A DNA stretch of 64,000 bases from Oikopleura dioica (GCA_907165135.1 OU015567.1:6510001-6574000), one strand, 5' to 3'; positions 1 to 11,188 are shown, counted from the first letter of the stretch. Numbers and translations: made by a program. The notes: generated by a model from the sequence alone, not told the origin.

Positions 1-835
1 TCGAATGATAGTACGATTAGAGTTTGGAACTACGAGGATGAAGAAAAGGTACCTTCTTATTGATTTCATTCGCTGATCTTTAGGTTCGTTCATCAAAACT
101 CAAAATTCACAACGATGCGGTCACCTCTCTTTCCCTCCACCCGACCCAAGATTTTATCCTCTCCTCGAGCAACGACAAGTCGTGGGCATTCACCGACATC
201 TTCGCTGAGCGAGAAATTGTCCGGGTTTTCGATGAGGATCGCGTTTCTTGCGCCCAGTTCCATCCTGACGGTCTCATTCTTGGAACTGGAACGAGCAGAG
301 CCGAAGTTAAGATTTGGGATTTGAAGTCGTCGTCGAATGTAAGTCTTTTTTCATCGTGAAGATTAATGTGATAAATCTTAAAGACTGAGAATGCCAAGCC
401 CGCTGCTTCGCCGTTCAAGGGCCACTCTGGACCAGTCGAAACGATGTGCTTCTCAGAAAATGGTTATCACCTGGCCACGGCGTCTCGGGATAATGAAGTT
501 CGCATTTGGGACTTGAGAAAGCTCAAGCTCTTGAAGACGATTACCTTGTCCGACTCTTTCAAAGTCAGCCACGTCACTTTCGACCAGTCGGGAACTTACT
601 TGTCCGTTGCTGGCGGAGATGTGCGCGTTTTCAAGGTCAAAGAATGGAACGAGGTAAATGTCGCTTTTCATTCCATTTGATTCAAATCCGCTAGATTTGC
701 CGATACACTGCGCATACGGACGATGTCACAAGCAGCTCCTGGGGCGCTCTTGCTACAGAGCTCGTGACTTGCTCTCTTGACAGAACTGTCAAGGTCTTCT
801 CCCTCGAAGATAACCAGGGATCGAAATTCGCTTGA
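1..835 (+). CDS. PRPF19: Pre-mRNA processing factor 19 (PRP19), WD40 C-terminal part; 5' end lies outside the window
   Basis: Exons 1-48, 84-338, 384-653 and 695-835, joined by GT-AG introns of 35, 45 and 41 nt, give SNDSTIRVWNY..AQFHPDGLILGTGT..VKIWDLK..FKGHSGPVETMCFSENGYHLATAS.DNEVRIWDLRKLK..FDQSGTYLSVAGGDV..HTDDVT..SLDRTVKVFSL, matching the PRP19 WD40 repeats. Confidence 0.93.
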
Positions 836-1155
836 AACTCTGAATTCTGAATCTAGGAAAATTTCATCCTGCCATTGAACGTAAATATCCTTAATTACTG
901 TCAATCCAAATGAAGTCAGAATTTCGGACGTTTTCAGAAATTTTGCGATGCTCTCAAATTTTGATGCAGGAAGCAGATCAAGATCAGATTTTTTCTTTTC
1001 ATTTTTTATTAGGAGATTTTTTGGCAGTTTGCAGCTTATGGAGTCTTTGAGAAGATTTAAGTTGAAATTGAATAAATTTACAGCTAAAGTTGAGAGAAGT
1101 GTTTTTGAAAGTGATGACTTGATTGATTGCTTTGATGGATTCGTTTCAGTGGAGT

Positions 1156-2525
1156 TTACTTGAATTGTTTTCCAAAGAAGAGAGAAGGATGAATGGCGAC
1201 TTTGTTTGTTCGCATGTAGTGATCGTAAGCCATGGCAGCTTGGAAGTCTCGGACCATCTGGTTATGGGCTGCGGTCATGTTCACCATTGTCGTTTGGTAT
1301 CGGGTGACCATCTGCTGGAGCATTCCTGAAAAATGACTATTAGAATCTCTTATAAAACATGAACATAATCAAAACGAGAATAGAACTTACGGATTTCTTG
1401 CATCTGGCTATCTTGGAAGCCCTTTCGAATGTCGTCCTCGTTGAATGTCGCGCCTTCTCGATCCTCTTCCTTGATGTCTTTCTCCTTCAACGGAGGAAGC
1501 ATTGTATCGCAGTCAGCTGGAGAGTCTGGCAGCTTCTCGACGTCGATGATTTCGTCGGTCTTTTCGGCCTAAAATTGTGAATTAAATTTTGATAAAAAGT
1601 TGTTTGAATTATGATTAGTAATAAAAATTACCTTGAGCGGATTTTCTTCATTGAATTTTTGGACGAAAGAAGCCACGATTTTCTTCTTTTCTGGAGCCGG
1701 GAAGGGTTTCTTTGGAACGCTGGTCGACGATTTACACGAAGCAGATGGCTCTGGCGATGAGATGAAACTTTCGTCGATCACCAAAGTGCCTGGCGAAGTG
1801 GGAGATCGTGGAGGAATGGCGGAGGGTGACGGTGCTGGGAGCTCGGAAGCGCTGAAACTTGATGTTGAGAACCGAAAATATGGAAAGAAGTCTTACCTTT
1901 GCTCGTTGATTGCGGGTAACGCAGAGACACCAATTTGTCGTCTGAGCTGAGGGCGACTTTGCACAGTGACTTGAGGCAAGGCAAGCTGCGGCTTCCAGAC
2001 TCTCTCAGTTTTGACGATTCCTCTTTGTGGCTTCATTGGAGGAGCTTGAATCGCGAGAGCTTGTCGGAATTGCGGGTGGAAGTAGTTGGGAGGGATGACT
2101 GGATAGGCTGGCAGCGGTGTCGGGACGACGACCGGAGTGGTGACTCGAGTGTTTGGTGGAGTCGGCGGCACTTCCCGGCGAGGAGCAGGGGTTGCGGTCG
2201 ACATCTGACGACGGACTCCATCCAAGTTGGTCTCTTGCAGCGGCAGCTCTTTGTTGTCTTTTCTGAATTTAAATGTAAGCTCGAAGATTTCCACATTGAA
2301 AATGAGTTCTTTAAGTTTTCAAATTTTGAATTAGACTTACTTGTACTGGTTTCGTTCTCTCTGGAACCAGTTGGTGACGAAGGAGAGCGGCAAATCAAGC
2401 TCAGATGCGAGAGCTTGCTTCTCGTATTTGGACGGGTAGGGCTTCGTCTTGAAGACTTGGCGGAGTCTCTGTGCCTGATCTCTGCTGCATCGAAAAATCA
2501 TCTGAGGGCAATCGCTGTTGTGCAT
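1156..2525 (-). CDS. Divergent homeobox protein with N-terminal homeodomain and Pro-rich tail
   Basis: Exons 2525-2341, 2262-1897, 1851-1632, 1568-1391 and 1325-1156 join in frame through GT-AG introns. Exon 1 encodes DQAQRLRQVFKTKPYPSKYEKQALASELDLPLSFVTNWFQRER, with homeodomain L16, F20, Y25, P26, L34, L38, L40, W48, F49 and R53 in register. Confidence 0.8.
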
Positions 2526-3029
2526 TTTCAATCTTGTTTTGTTGTTTACTGATTTGATGATTTGCCTTCCGGCGCGGCGCCTAAATACGCCCCGTGTTGA
2601 TAGAGGGCGCTGTCAAACTCGCGACCGCGAACTAAGCTAGAAGGTGTTAATCCCCGCCTTCCAAAAATACCCTCCGAGATGACCTTGTTTTTCAATTTGA
2701 GAAGAATTCAGAAATGTGTGCATTCCAAAGCTCCATGTGATAATTGCAAAATTTTACTGGATTTTCAGCCTCCCTGCCAAAAATAGACTTGGTAAGTCCT
2801 GAACCAAACTGGTAACCGTTTTGGAAATCGAAATATTTTATTCGATTCATCTCTGTTTTCAAGGTAAAGTCGCTAAAATTAAAACAAGAGTTTTATTTCT
2901 ATTGAAAAAATTACGCTCTGCAAATATTGATCAATTAATAAATGAGTCTCCACTCATCTGCCATTTTTGGTATAATAGAGAAATTTTTAATAATGCATTT
3001 TATATTTTGTATATTTTTATTATCCTCAG

Positions 3030-3753
3030 TAAAAGCAGAAAATTCACTAGAATTCGAGAGAACTATCGTTGGTCCTTTATTTTCAAACTTTACACAGAAA
3101 AAGTTAGTCGTTGAATTTTGAAGATAATCCTCGAAAGAAATTCTAGTTTTTGCCAAACAACAGAATGTAACGTCGTTCGAATAAAATGCCCACTGAAATC
3201 AACATCGATAACTTGGAAGTTTCGGCACATTGTGGCGATTACAAGGGAAAGAGCTCCAGTTTGGGTGGAGTTTGAAGCGAAAAAGGCTTGTAATCATACG
3301 TATTTACGGCAGTGCGAGAATTGCAGAGAATACTGTTTTTGGTCGCCCAAGGAAATTGAAATACAGGTCTTTTTCTTACTGTACCTGAAAGCGGAGAGAT
3401 AATCTTTTAGAATTATTACGCCTTGAAAGACGATGGGCTTTACAAATGCTCTGATGGACTCGAAGAAGCTACCGGTCACTTGAACTTCATCAATCGTAAT
3501 TCTTTCATCTCCCATTTCCCGGATCAATTAAAATGACTGTAGCTAAGTGCGGATCAATGTGCGTAGCTGCAACGACGATTGTTTTGCTGTTTAGTTTCGC
3601 GATTGTCGCTGGATTAACGTTTCCCTTCATTTTTTCAAAGGTCCTTGTGTTCTGAAAACAATGATTTACATGCAGTTGATTTTTCAGGCGACAACGAACG
3701 TTGGAACTTGTGATAATCCGCGAAGAGTTACCAATTCAAGAGACGAGTCATGA
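3030..3753 (+). CDS. Cys-containing single-pass membrane protein of unknown function (5' end unresolved, probably about 2680-2900)
   Basis: In-frame exons through short GT-AG introns (e.g. 3367-3410, 3496-3542): FCQTTECNVVRIKCPLK..QCENCREYCFW..NYYALKDDGLYKCSDG..KCGSMCVAATTIVLLFSFAIVAGLTFPFIFSK (hydrophobic) then ATTNVGTCDNPRRVTNSRDES*. Confidence 0.5.
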
Positions 3754-3820
3754 ATCTCTATTTCTGCTTTTTTTTTATTTCAATAAAAGCCTATTTGATC
3801 AATCAAAAAAAAATCAAAAT

Positions 3821-3938
3821 GCTTAGCGCACGAGGTATTCCCAACCGGTCACCCATGTAAGTACTAACCCCGCCCGTCGTAGTTTAACTTCAGTGATCGG
3901 ACGAGAACTGGTTCATTCTACGCGGTATGACGCTAAGC
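3821..3938 (-). rRNA. 5S rRNA gene
   Basis: Minus strand reads GCTTAGCGTCATACCGCGTAGAATGAACCAGTTCTCGTCCGATCACTGAAGTTAAACTACGACGGGCGGGGTTAGTACTTACATGGGTGACCGGTTGGGAATACCTCGTGCGCTAAGC. 118 nt, paired ends, conserved TCTCGTCCGATC..GAAGTTAA and TTAGTACTT..GGG.GACC...GGGAATAC motifs, T4 terminator directly downstream, TTTATAAA at about -23 to -30. Confidence 0.93.
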
Positions 3939-4206
3939 GACAACTGCTCACTTTAGCCACTTTATAAATCAAGTGTGTCGTAAGCAGGATACGGTATGCA
4001 GCATACCGTATGCTGTTGCTATAAATACGAATAAAAACACTCAAATCATGTAGCAAATACTCAGCAATAATTTAAACAAGGTTGCCCTTCTGTTCTCTTC
4101 CTTGATTGCAATTTGAATAAAATCGACTCAGCAAGTGACCCGAAAAAAGATTCATATCAATGATATCATAAAAGATTTTATTGAGAAAGAAGCACTAAAA
4201 GTCGGT

Positions 4207-4692
4207 TCAAAAAGGTTTCGGTCCAGGAGCAATATCTTCTAAATAACTAAAGTGAGAATAATTGAAAGATGATTGTCTTTTTTTCAATACCTTTTCCGGA
4301 GTTGACTGCAGCTGAAGAGGTCGAAGAAGATGATGCAGTTGAAAGACGATGAGGAGGGCATGGGTTGGCTCGGCGATCATCTTTTTTCAGGCTTAGAACT
4401 TGTCACAAATTGCTATTCAAAAATTGAGATCTGTAGCCTTTCCTTCGCAGTAGCAATCAGCCTCAACTTCCACATCCAAAAGGCGCACATTAGTTCGCAC
4501 CCGAATTTTCGCCGCAAAATCGACACTATAAAATGCCACTGAACTTCTTGCCTCTCAAAGTTTACTAGAATTTTCATTGTTCTTGTTAACTTTTACGGTA
4601 GTGCCTGCAAAAAATGGGCTTTCAAATGGCAAGTGAACTTACACTTGTTTGCTCATGACGACTTTTTGTGGGAGACAGGTTTCTTGGGTCAT
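4207..4692 (-). CDS. 89-aa small protein, downstream partner of the VWA gene (copy 1)
   Basis: Exons 4692-4643, 4525-4439, 4391-4291 and 4238-4207 give MTQETCLPQKVVMSKQVVDFAAKIRVRTNVRLLDVEVEADCYCEGNLKKDDRRANPCPPHRLSTASSSSTSSAAVNSGKEDIAPGPKPF*. Differences to copy 2 in exons 2 and 4 are synonymous in this frame. A TTTCAG acceptor 22 nt before the ATG fits trans-splicing. Confidence 0.7.
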
Positions 4693-4783
4693 TTTGGAAT
4701 TTAAGAATTTCAGTCTGAAAGCAATCGAATTGAAATTTTCGCTAGTGAAAATGTTTTGTTGCAAATGGTCAGTCTTGACTTGG

Positions 4784-6105
4784 TTATTTTTCGAAAGTAG
4801 CTGTCTGGATGGTCTTTCCAATTCGCTGAAAGTGGAAGTCAGAGTGCACTTCATCAACGTAGAATGCGTCGGTTTTGAGTCCGGCATCGTGGAACATTCG
4901 TGAAACATTCGGCTTGAGGATGTCAGCCGTCTTGAAGATCACCGGATAAACAGTTTTGAAGTGACTGAAGATCGACATTAAGCTCAAGTCCTTTTCGTTC
5001 GAAATTCTACCTGTAGACCATGTTCCAAACAGCTTGTTGCTTATCAGCAGCATCTGTCAAGTCAGGTTGCCCCATCACTCGCAAGTTTTTAATTTCTAAA
5101 AGAAAAAAAGATAAAAATTCCATACAGAAAAGTTCATCTTACCGGAAGCATCAAATGCTTTATCGTCAGTAATGACAATGAGCACTCTGTCGACGTCCTT
5201 CTTATTTGTCTTGGAGGCCATCAGTTTGCTCGAGCTTTCTTTGAACTCCTTAGTCGTGATGTCTGAAAAGAACAGTATGAAAAACGCCCGGAAGAGGGAA
5301 ACAATCTAAGCCGGGAGAAGCAGCGTCGCTCAGCTACATTGTTCGACTCTAGAATGAGAACAATCGTAAGTTTTACCTTGAAGAGCGAGGAATAAGTTAG
5401 AGGATCCTTTGAGCAACTCTTCCGTGTTGAAGAAGCCGTCCAATTGCGTGTATGCGTTTTCGCAAAGAGCGCTTTATTTCATTATTATTTATCAACACCG
5501 AAATGAAATTTACCTGGAGCTAAAGGTCGGTCCCATTTTCCAATGAAACTGTCCAGGGGCTGCCATACCCAGTCGCCCCTTCCAGAATCCAGGCTTCTTG
5601 GAAACCTTCTCAAACGCCTTTTTGACATCTCCTTTCGCCTCTTCCATTTCCTTGTGCTCGTAGTATCCGTAGCCAGGCTCGTAGTTCTTGATCAACTGGT
5701 CGCAGCCGGAGAATTGGACGAGAGTAAAAGTAATTGGCTCTTGAGATCGATCTCGCATGAGCTTGTAGTCGACCAGTTTGATGGTGTTTTTGATGAAATC
5801 AAAGATTTTCTCCTTGAACTTGTCTTCCATCGATTCCGAGCCGTCGTAGAGAATGACGACTTCCAATGGCTTGTGACATCCCTGAGGAGTCTTGATATCG
5901 CAAAGACAGTTGTCCTGAATTTTCGATATTCTAGTGACTCATTTAAAACATTTTCTCGTTTTACCTCGTAGATGAGATCCTCCAGTCCAGTCAGCGTTCT
6001 GACTTCAAACTTCGCCCTGACCGTGAAGGTCTGATCGGACCAGGAAGATCCGTCTTTGACGCAAATCTCCTTCTTGAATCCCAAAAATCTAGATTCCTTC
6101 GACAT
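4784..6105 (-). CDS. VWA (von Willebrand A) domain protein, copy 1, apparently intact, no signal peptide
   Basis: Spliced product contains VVILYDGSESM (MIDAS DxSxS), ITFTLVQFSG and VLIVITDDK; short GT-AG introns all in phase; stop TAA at 4784-4786. Confidence 0.8.
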
Positions 6106-6594
6106 GCTGATCGAACTGCTCTTTCAGAAGTGAGTGAGATGTTCAATGGAAAGGACTGGTTATATATAGTTGCCTCGCCAAATACCGCCTCGACTCGCCA
6201 AACAGTGCTAACAATGAAACTCAGATGGATAAATTTATCCCACCTCGCAGATTTTTTTGTTGAACTAGGATGTAAATTCGGAAATACGGTATTTCAAATA
6301 CCGGAGTTTATATCGTTTTCATGACCTTCTGAATAAATTGAACTTTCGGAAGTACAATCGGGATTCCCATCCGAGATGAGCCACCTGCTTTCAAATTATT
6401 GTTGAGAACACATCATTTTTTGAAGAATCAGTCAATGAAATCACTTCTGATTTGTAAAGGGTTGAATGCTTGTTACATGTTTTAGGCGCTTCTTTCGTAG
6501 AAGGAATCCTTCATCTATTCGCTGAGACTCTCAGTGAGAGGGAGGCCATTTTTAAAGGAAATCATTACCAAAATTTTAGCTTAGTGAACACTGC

Positions 6595-9188
6595 TAGGGT
6601 CCGGCATGATTAGGACCAAAAATTTAATTTCAATGAAACTTCACGATTCCACTAATTCGACCCTAAGGAATTCAATTCCGTTCACTGATTCTCCCAAAAG
6701 CCCCCCATTCAGCCCTTTTCAGGGCTTTAACCCTTTGGGCGAGCGTGGCGTTTTTAAACGCCACGGGGAATTTGACGGGCGATTTCTCTACGAATAACTT
6801 AGCGAAATGTAAAAATTTTTACTTTTCTGGAAAATTCGGACATTTTTCTACCTAGTGATTGTTTTAAAAAAATAAATTTGCTACAAAAACTTGCTCTAAA
6901 ATCAAAAAGAAAAAGTCTGACTCGGCCGAAATAGGCGTTACTCACGCGCTTTTCCCTTCAAAAAGGGAAAACAGAGGGAGAGCGCGCGGCGCCTTCCTGT
7001 TTTTCGGCCAATCTTCAATGGCTATTTACAGTTATTCCCGACGGAGATAAAAAATAAAATTGGGATCAATGGATAGCCCAAACGATTTTCTTTTTAATAC
7101 TTCTTTTTAAATTAGAGAAATTTATTAAGAAATGGCTCAAAATTGAGAAAAACTCCGTGGCGTTTTAAAGCGCCACGCGGTTGCCAACGCATAGGACCAG
7201 GCTCGCGCCCAAAGAGTTAATGAAAATTTAAACGGAGAGCCAAGTGCGCTCTGATTGGTCAGCTCCGCCGAGCGATTTTAAATACTGCCCGAATGATTCC
7301 CTTGGTGGCTCAAATGTTAGCGCTCTCGCTTGACAAGCAAGAGGTGGTGAGGTCGAGTCACCAAAAATCAAGTTTTTTTTCATCGAATTTTCCTTCAAAA
7401 AGAAGACCATAAAATGCAAAGTCACACTTTTTTGAGCAGAAATACATGTTATTGAATAAATCTCGTTATTAAAAAAAATTAATTGTAAGATAATAACCAT
7501 AACAAACCTAGAAATAGGGATAATTTTAATTTTTATGTAAATGGGTGTGGGTGGGGTTGGGGACAAAACTGAGATTGATCACCTCAGAGTTAAATGCCTT
7601 TGTCAAGCCCCTTAAAATTAAAAATCAAGGAACGGGGCTGAGACGGCCCGAAGGGCCGTCAAGCCCCTTAAAATTAAAAATCAAGGAACGGGGCTGAGAC
7701 GGCCCGAAGGGCCGTCAAGCCCCTTAAAATTAAAAATCAAGGAACGGGGCTGAGACGGCCCGAAGGGCCGTCAAGCCCCTTAAAATTAAAAATCAAGGAA
7801 CGGGGCTGAGACGGCCCGAAGGGCCGTCAAGCCCCTTAAAATTAAAAATCAAGGAACGGGGCTGAGACGGCCCGAAGGGCCGTCAAGCCCCTTAAAATTA
7901 AAAATCAAGGAACGGGGCTGAGACGGCCCGAAGGGCCGTCAAGCCCCTTAAAATTAAAAATCAAGGAACGGGGCTGAGACGGCCCGAAGGGCCGTCAAGC
8001 CCCTTAAAATTAAAATCAAGGAACGGGGCTGAGACGGCCCGAAGGGCCGTCAAGCCCCTTAAAATTAAAATCAAGGAACGGGGCTGAGACGGCCCGAAGG
8101 GCCGTCAAGCCCCTTAAAATTAAAATCAAGGAACGGGGCTGAGACGGCCCGAAGGGCCGTCAAGCCCTTAAAATTAAAATCAAGGAACGGGGCTGAGACG
8201 GCCCGAAGGGCCGTCAAGCCCCTTAAAATTAAAAATCAAGGAACGGGGCTGAGACGGCCCGAAGGGCCGTCAAGCCCCTTAAAATTAAAAATCAAGGAAC
8301 GGGGCTGAGACGGCCCGAAGGGCCGTCAAGCCCTTAAAATTAAAAATCAAGGAACGGGGCTGAGACGGCCCGAAGGGCCGTCAAGCCCCTTAAAATTAAA
8401 AATCAAGGAACGGGGCTGAGACGGCCCGAAGGGCCGTCAAGCCCTTAAAATTAAAAATCAAGGAACGGGGCTGAGACGGCCCGAAGGGCCGTCAAGCCCT
8501 TAAAATTAAAAATCAAGGAACGGGGCTGAGACGGCCCGAAGGGCCGTCAAGCCCTTAAAATTAAAAATCAAGGAACGGGGCTGAGACGGCCCGAAGGGCC
8601 GCTAAGCCCCTTAAAATTAAAAATCAAGGAACGGGGCTGAGACGGCCCGAAGGGCCGTCAAGCCCCTTAAAGTTAAAAATCAAGGACTATCAAGGAAATC
8701 AAGGCCCTAATTTGTGATTCCGCAACAAAAATTGAAGAAAGCGAATTCTAAAAATTATTTCCACAAGAGTACAAGACCCTCGCCCAAGTCTAAGTGAGCG
8801 TTCTCCAGTTTTTCCTTGAAGAGCAAGCTTGGAGGGTGTCCTCCGTGTCAGCCAATCAGAGCGCCGCGCTGCTTTCCCAGGAAAATCAAAATAAAGAGTC
8901 GGACTTTAAAATCAATTCACAAAAAAAGTCCAGTGAGTTAGAAGAAGTTAAAAAAGCAAAATTTCTTATTTTTCTATAGTCTTTCTAAAATGACTAGGCC
9001 TGGAATTGTGAGCGACCTAGAAACCCAAAAAACCGAGAGAAATCGGCGATTTAGAAGATTTGCCGGGCTTTAAGTGCCGGCATATTTTTCGCCGTATTCG
9101 ATAACCTAGGTTATCCTATGATTTTCTTTGGGGGTGTTGTTTATTTTGCCCTTTGAAAAATCGAGTCCTCCGATCGTGTCGGACCCTA
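6595..9188. mobile_element. Non-autonomous hAT-type DNA transposon (2594 bp) carrying an internal satellite
   Basis: TIR TAGGGTCCGGCATGAT / reverse complement of right end TAGGGTCCGACACGAT (14 of 16); exact 8-bp TSD AACACTGC at 6587-6594 and 9189-9196; no transposase ORF. Confidence 0.82.
7602..8686. repeat. 56-bp tandem satellite, about 19.5 near-identical copies
   Basis: Unit GTCAAGCCCCTTAAAATTAAAAATCAAGGAACGGGGCTGAGACGGCCCGAAGGGCC; variants are almost only 1-nt homopolymer length changes. Confidence 0.98.
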
Positions 9189-9293
9189 AACACTGCTCTC
9201 TTCCTTGATTGCGGTGGCAATAAAATCGACTGTAAGTAATAAGAGATTCGTATCATGAAATATTTTATTGAAAAAGAAGCACTAAAAGTCTGT

Positions 9294-9792
9294 TCAGAAA
9301 GGCTTTGGTCCAGGAGCGATATCTTCTAAATAACTAATTTAGTGAAAATAACTGTAAGATGATTGTCTTTGTATCATTACCTTTTCCGGAACGGATTGTA
9401 GCTCAAGAAGTCGATGAAGAAGATGCAGTTGAAAGACGATGAGGAGGACATGGGTTTGCTCGGCGGTCATCTTTTTTCAGGCTTAGAATTTGTCACAAAT
9501 TCTTTCTCAAAAGTGCGATCTGTAGCCTTTCCTTCACAGTAGCAATCAGCCTCAACTTCCACATCCAAAAGGCGCACATTAGTTCGCACCCGAATTTTTG
9601 CCGCAAAATCGACACTATAAAATGCCACTGAACTTGTTGTCTTAACTTGTTGTCTTAAAGTTTACTAGAAGTTTCATTGTTCTTGTTAACTTTTACGGTA
9701 GTGCCTGCAAAAAAAGGGCTTTCAAATGGCAAGTGAACTTACACTTGTTTGCTCATGACGACTTTTTGTGGGAGACAGGTTTCTTGGGTCAT
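9294..9792 (-). pseudogene. Small partner gene copy 2, truncated by a premature stop
   Basis: Same exon structure as 4207-4692, but TCA(Ser) is TGA at 9403-9405, removing about 18 C-terminal residues. Confidence 0.6.
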
Positions 9793-9883
9793 TTTGGAAT
9801 TTAAGAATTTCAGTCTGAAAGCAATCGAATTGAAATTTTTGCTAGTGAAAATGTTTTGTTGCAAATAGTCAGTCTTGACTTGG

Positions 9884-11188
9884 TTATTTTTCGAAAGTAG
9901 CTGTCTGGATGGTCTTTCCAATTCGCTGAAAGTGGAAGTCAGAGTGCACTTCATCAACGTAGAATGCGTCAGTTTTGAGTCCGGCGTCGTGGAACATTCG
10001 CGAGACATTAGGCTTGAGGATGTCGGCCGTCTTGAAGATCACTGGATAGACAGTTTTGAACTGACTGAATATAGAAAGTAATCTCAAGGCACCTTTACCC
10101 GACCCTACCTGTAAACCATGTTCCAAACAGCTTGTTGCTTATCAGCAGCATCTGTCAAATCGGGTTGCCCCATCACTCGCAAGTTTTTAACTTCTTCAGG
10201 AAAAGAATAAAATTAAAAACAGAAAAGTTCATCTTACCGGAAGCATCAAATGCTTTATCGTCAGTAATGACAATGAGCACTCTGTCGACGTCCTTCGTAT
10301 TTGTCTTGGAGGCCATCAGTTTGCTCGAGCTTTCTTTGAACTCCTTAGTCGTGATGTCTGAAAAGAACAGTATGAAAAACGCCCGGAAGAGGGAAACAAT
10401 CTAAGCCGTGAGAAGCAAAATCGGTCAGCCACATTGTTCAACTCTAGACTCTAGAATCGTTAATTGTACCTTGAAGAGCGAGGAATATGTTGGAGGATCC
10501 TTTGAGCAACTCTTCCGTGTTGAAAAAGCTGTCCAATTGCGTGTATGCGTTTTCGCAAAGAGCACTTTATTTATTCATTATTTATCAATCCCGGAATGGA
10601 CATTACCTGGAGCTGAAGGTCGGTCCCATTTTCCAATGAAATTGTCCAGGGGCGGCCATGCCCAGTCGCCCCTTGAATCCGGGATTCTGGGATACCTTCT
10701 CAAACGCCTTTTCAACATCTCCTTTTGCCTCTTCCATCTCCCTGTGCTCGTAGTAGCCGTAACCAGGCTCGTAGTTCTTGATCAACTGATCGCAGCCGGA
10801 GAATTGGACGAGAGTAAAAGTAATTGGCTCTTGAGATCGATCTCGCATGAGCTTGTAGTCGACCAGTTTGATGGTGTTTTTGATGAAATCAAAGATTTTC
10901 TCCTTGAACTTGTCTTCCATGGATTCCGAGCCGTCGTAAAGAATGACGACTTCCAATGGCTTGTGACATCCCTGAGGAGTCTTGATATCGCAAAGACAGT
11001 TGTCCTGAATTTTTGATACTCAATCGAATATACAGTATCTCGTTTTACCTCGTAGATAAGATCCTCAATTCCAGTCAGCGTTCTGACTTCAAACTTCGCC
11101 CTGACAGTGAAGGTCTGATCGGACCAGGAAGATCCGTCTTTGACGCAAATCTCCTTCTTGAATCCCAAAATCTAGATTCCTTCGACAT
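9884..11188 (-). pseudogene. VWA gene copy 2 with an early frameshift (may be a sequencing error)
   Basis: One base missing at codon 7-8 (A4 at 11167-11170 vs A5 in copy 1, + strand); all later exons are open and in phase. Confidence 0.5.

Larger units (their letters stand above)
4091..6551. repeat. Copy 1 of a ~2.45 kb tandem segmental duplication (copy 2 at 9197-11637)
   Basis: Colinear high similarity across two genes and their upstream region; ends in a ~70-nt remnant of the 3' end of the Ly6-like gene (6481-6551 vs 11577-11637). Confidence 0.92.

Noticed and set aside
1935-2552. 205-aa plus-strand ORF and similar long antisense ORFs (5543-5971, 10408-11016, 18130-19589)
   Set aside because: Shadows of real genes on the opposite strand
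3140-3753. Weak resemblance of C..TEC.VV.I.C.L plus TM segment to an integrin-alpha calf/TM region
   Set aside because: No GFFKR cytoplasmic motif and too little similarity to support by eye
4439-6105. DxSxSMxD plus CxC could suggest an integrin-beta fragment
   Set aside because: No signal peptide, PSI, EGF or TM parts; the strand after the MIDAS (LVQFS) is classical VWA
7602-8686. Regular palindromic repeats could suggest a CRISPR array
   Set aside because: No unique spacers (units are contiguous and identical), no cas genes, eukaryotic context
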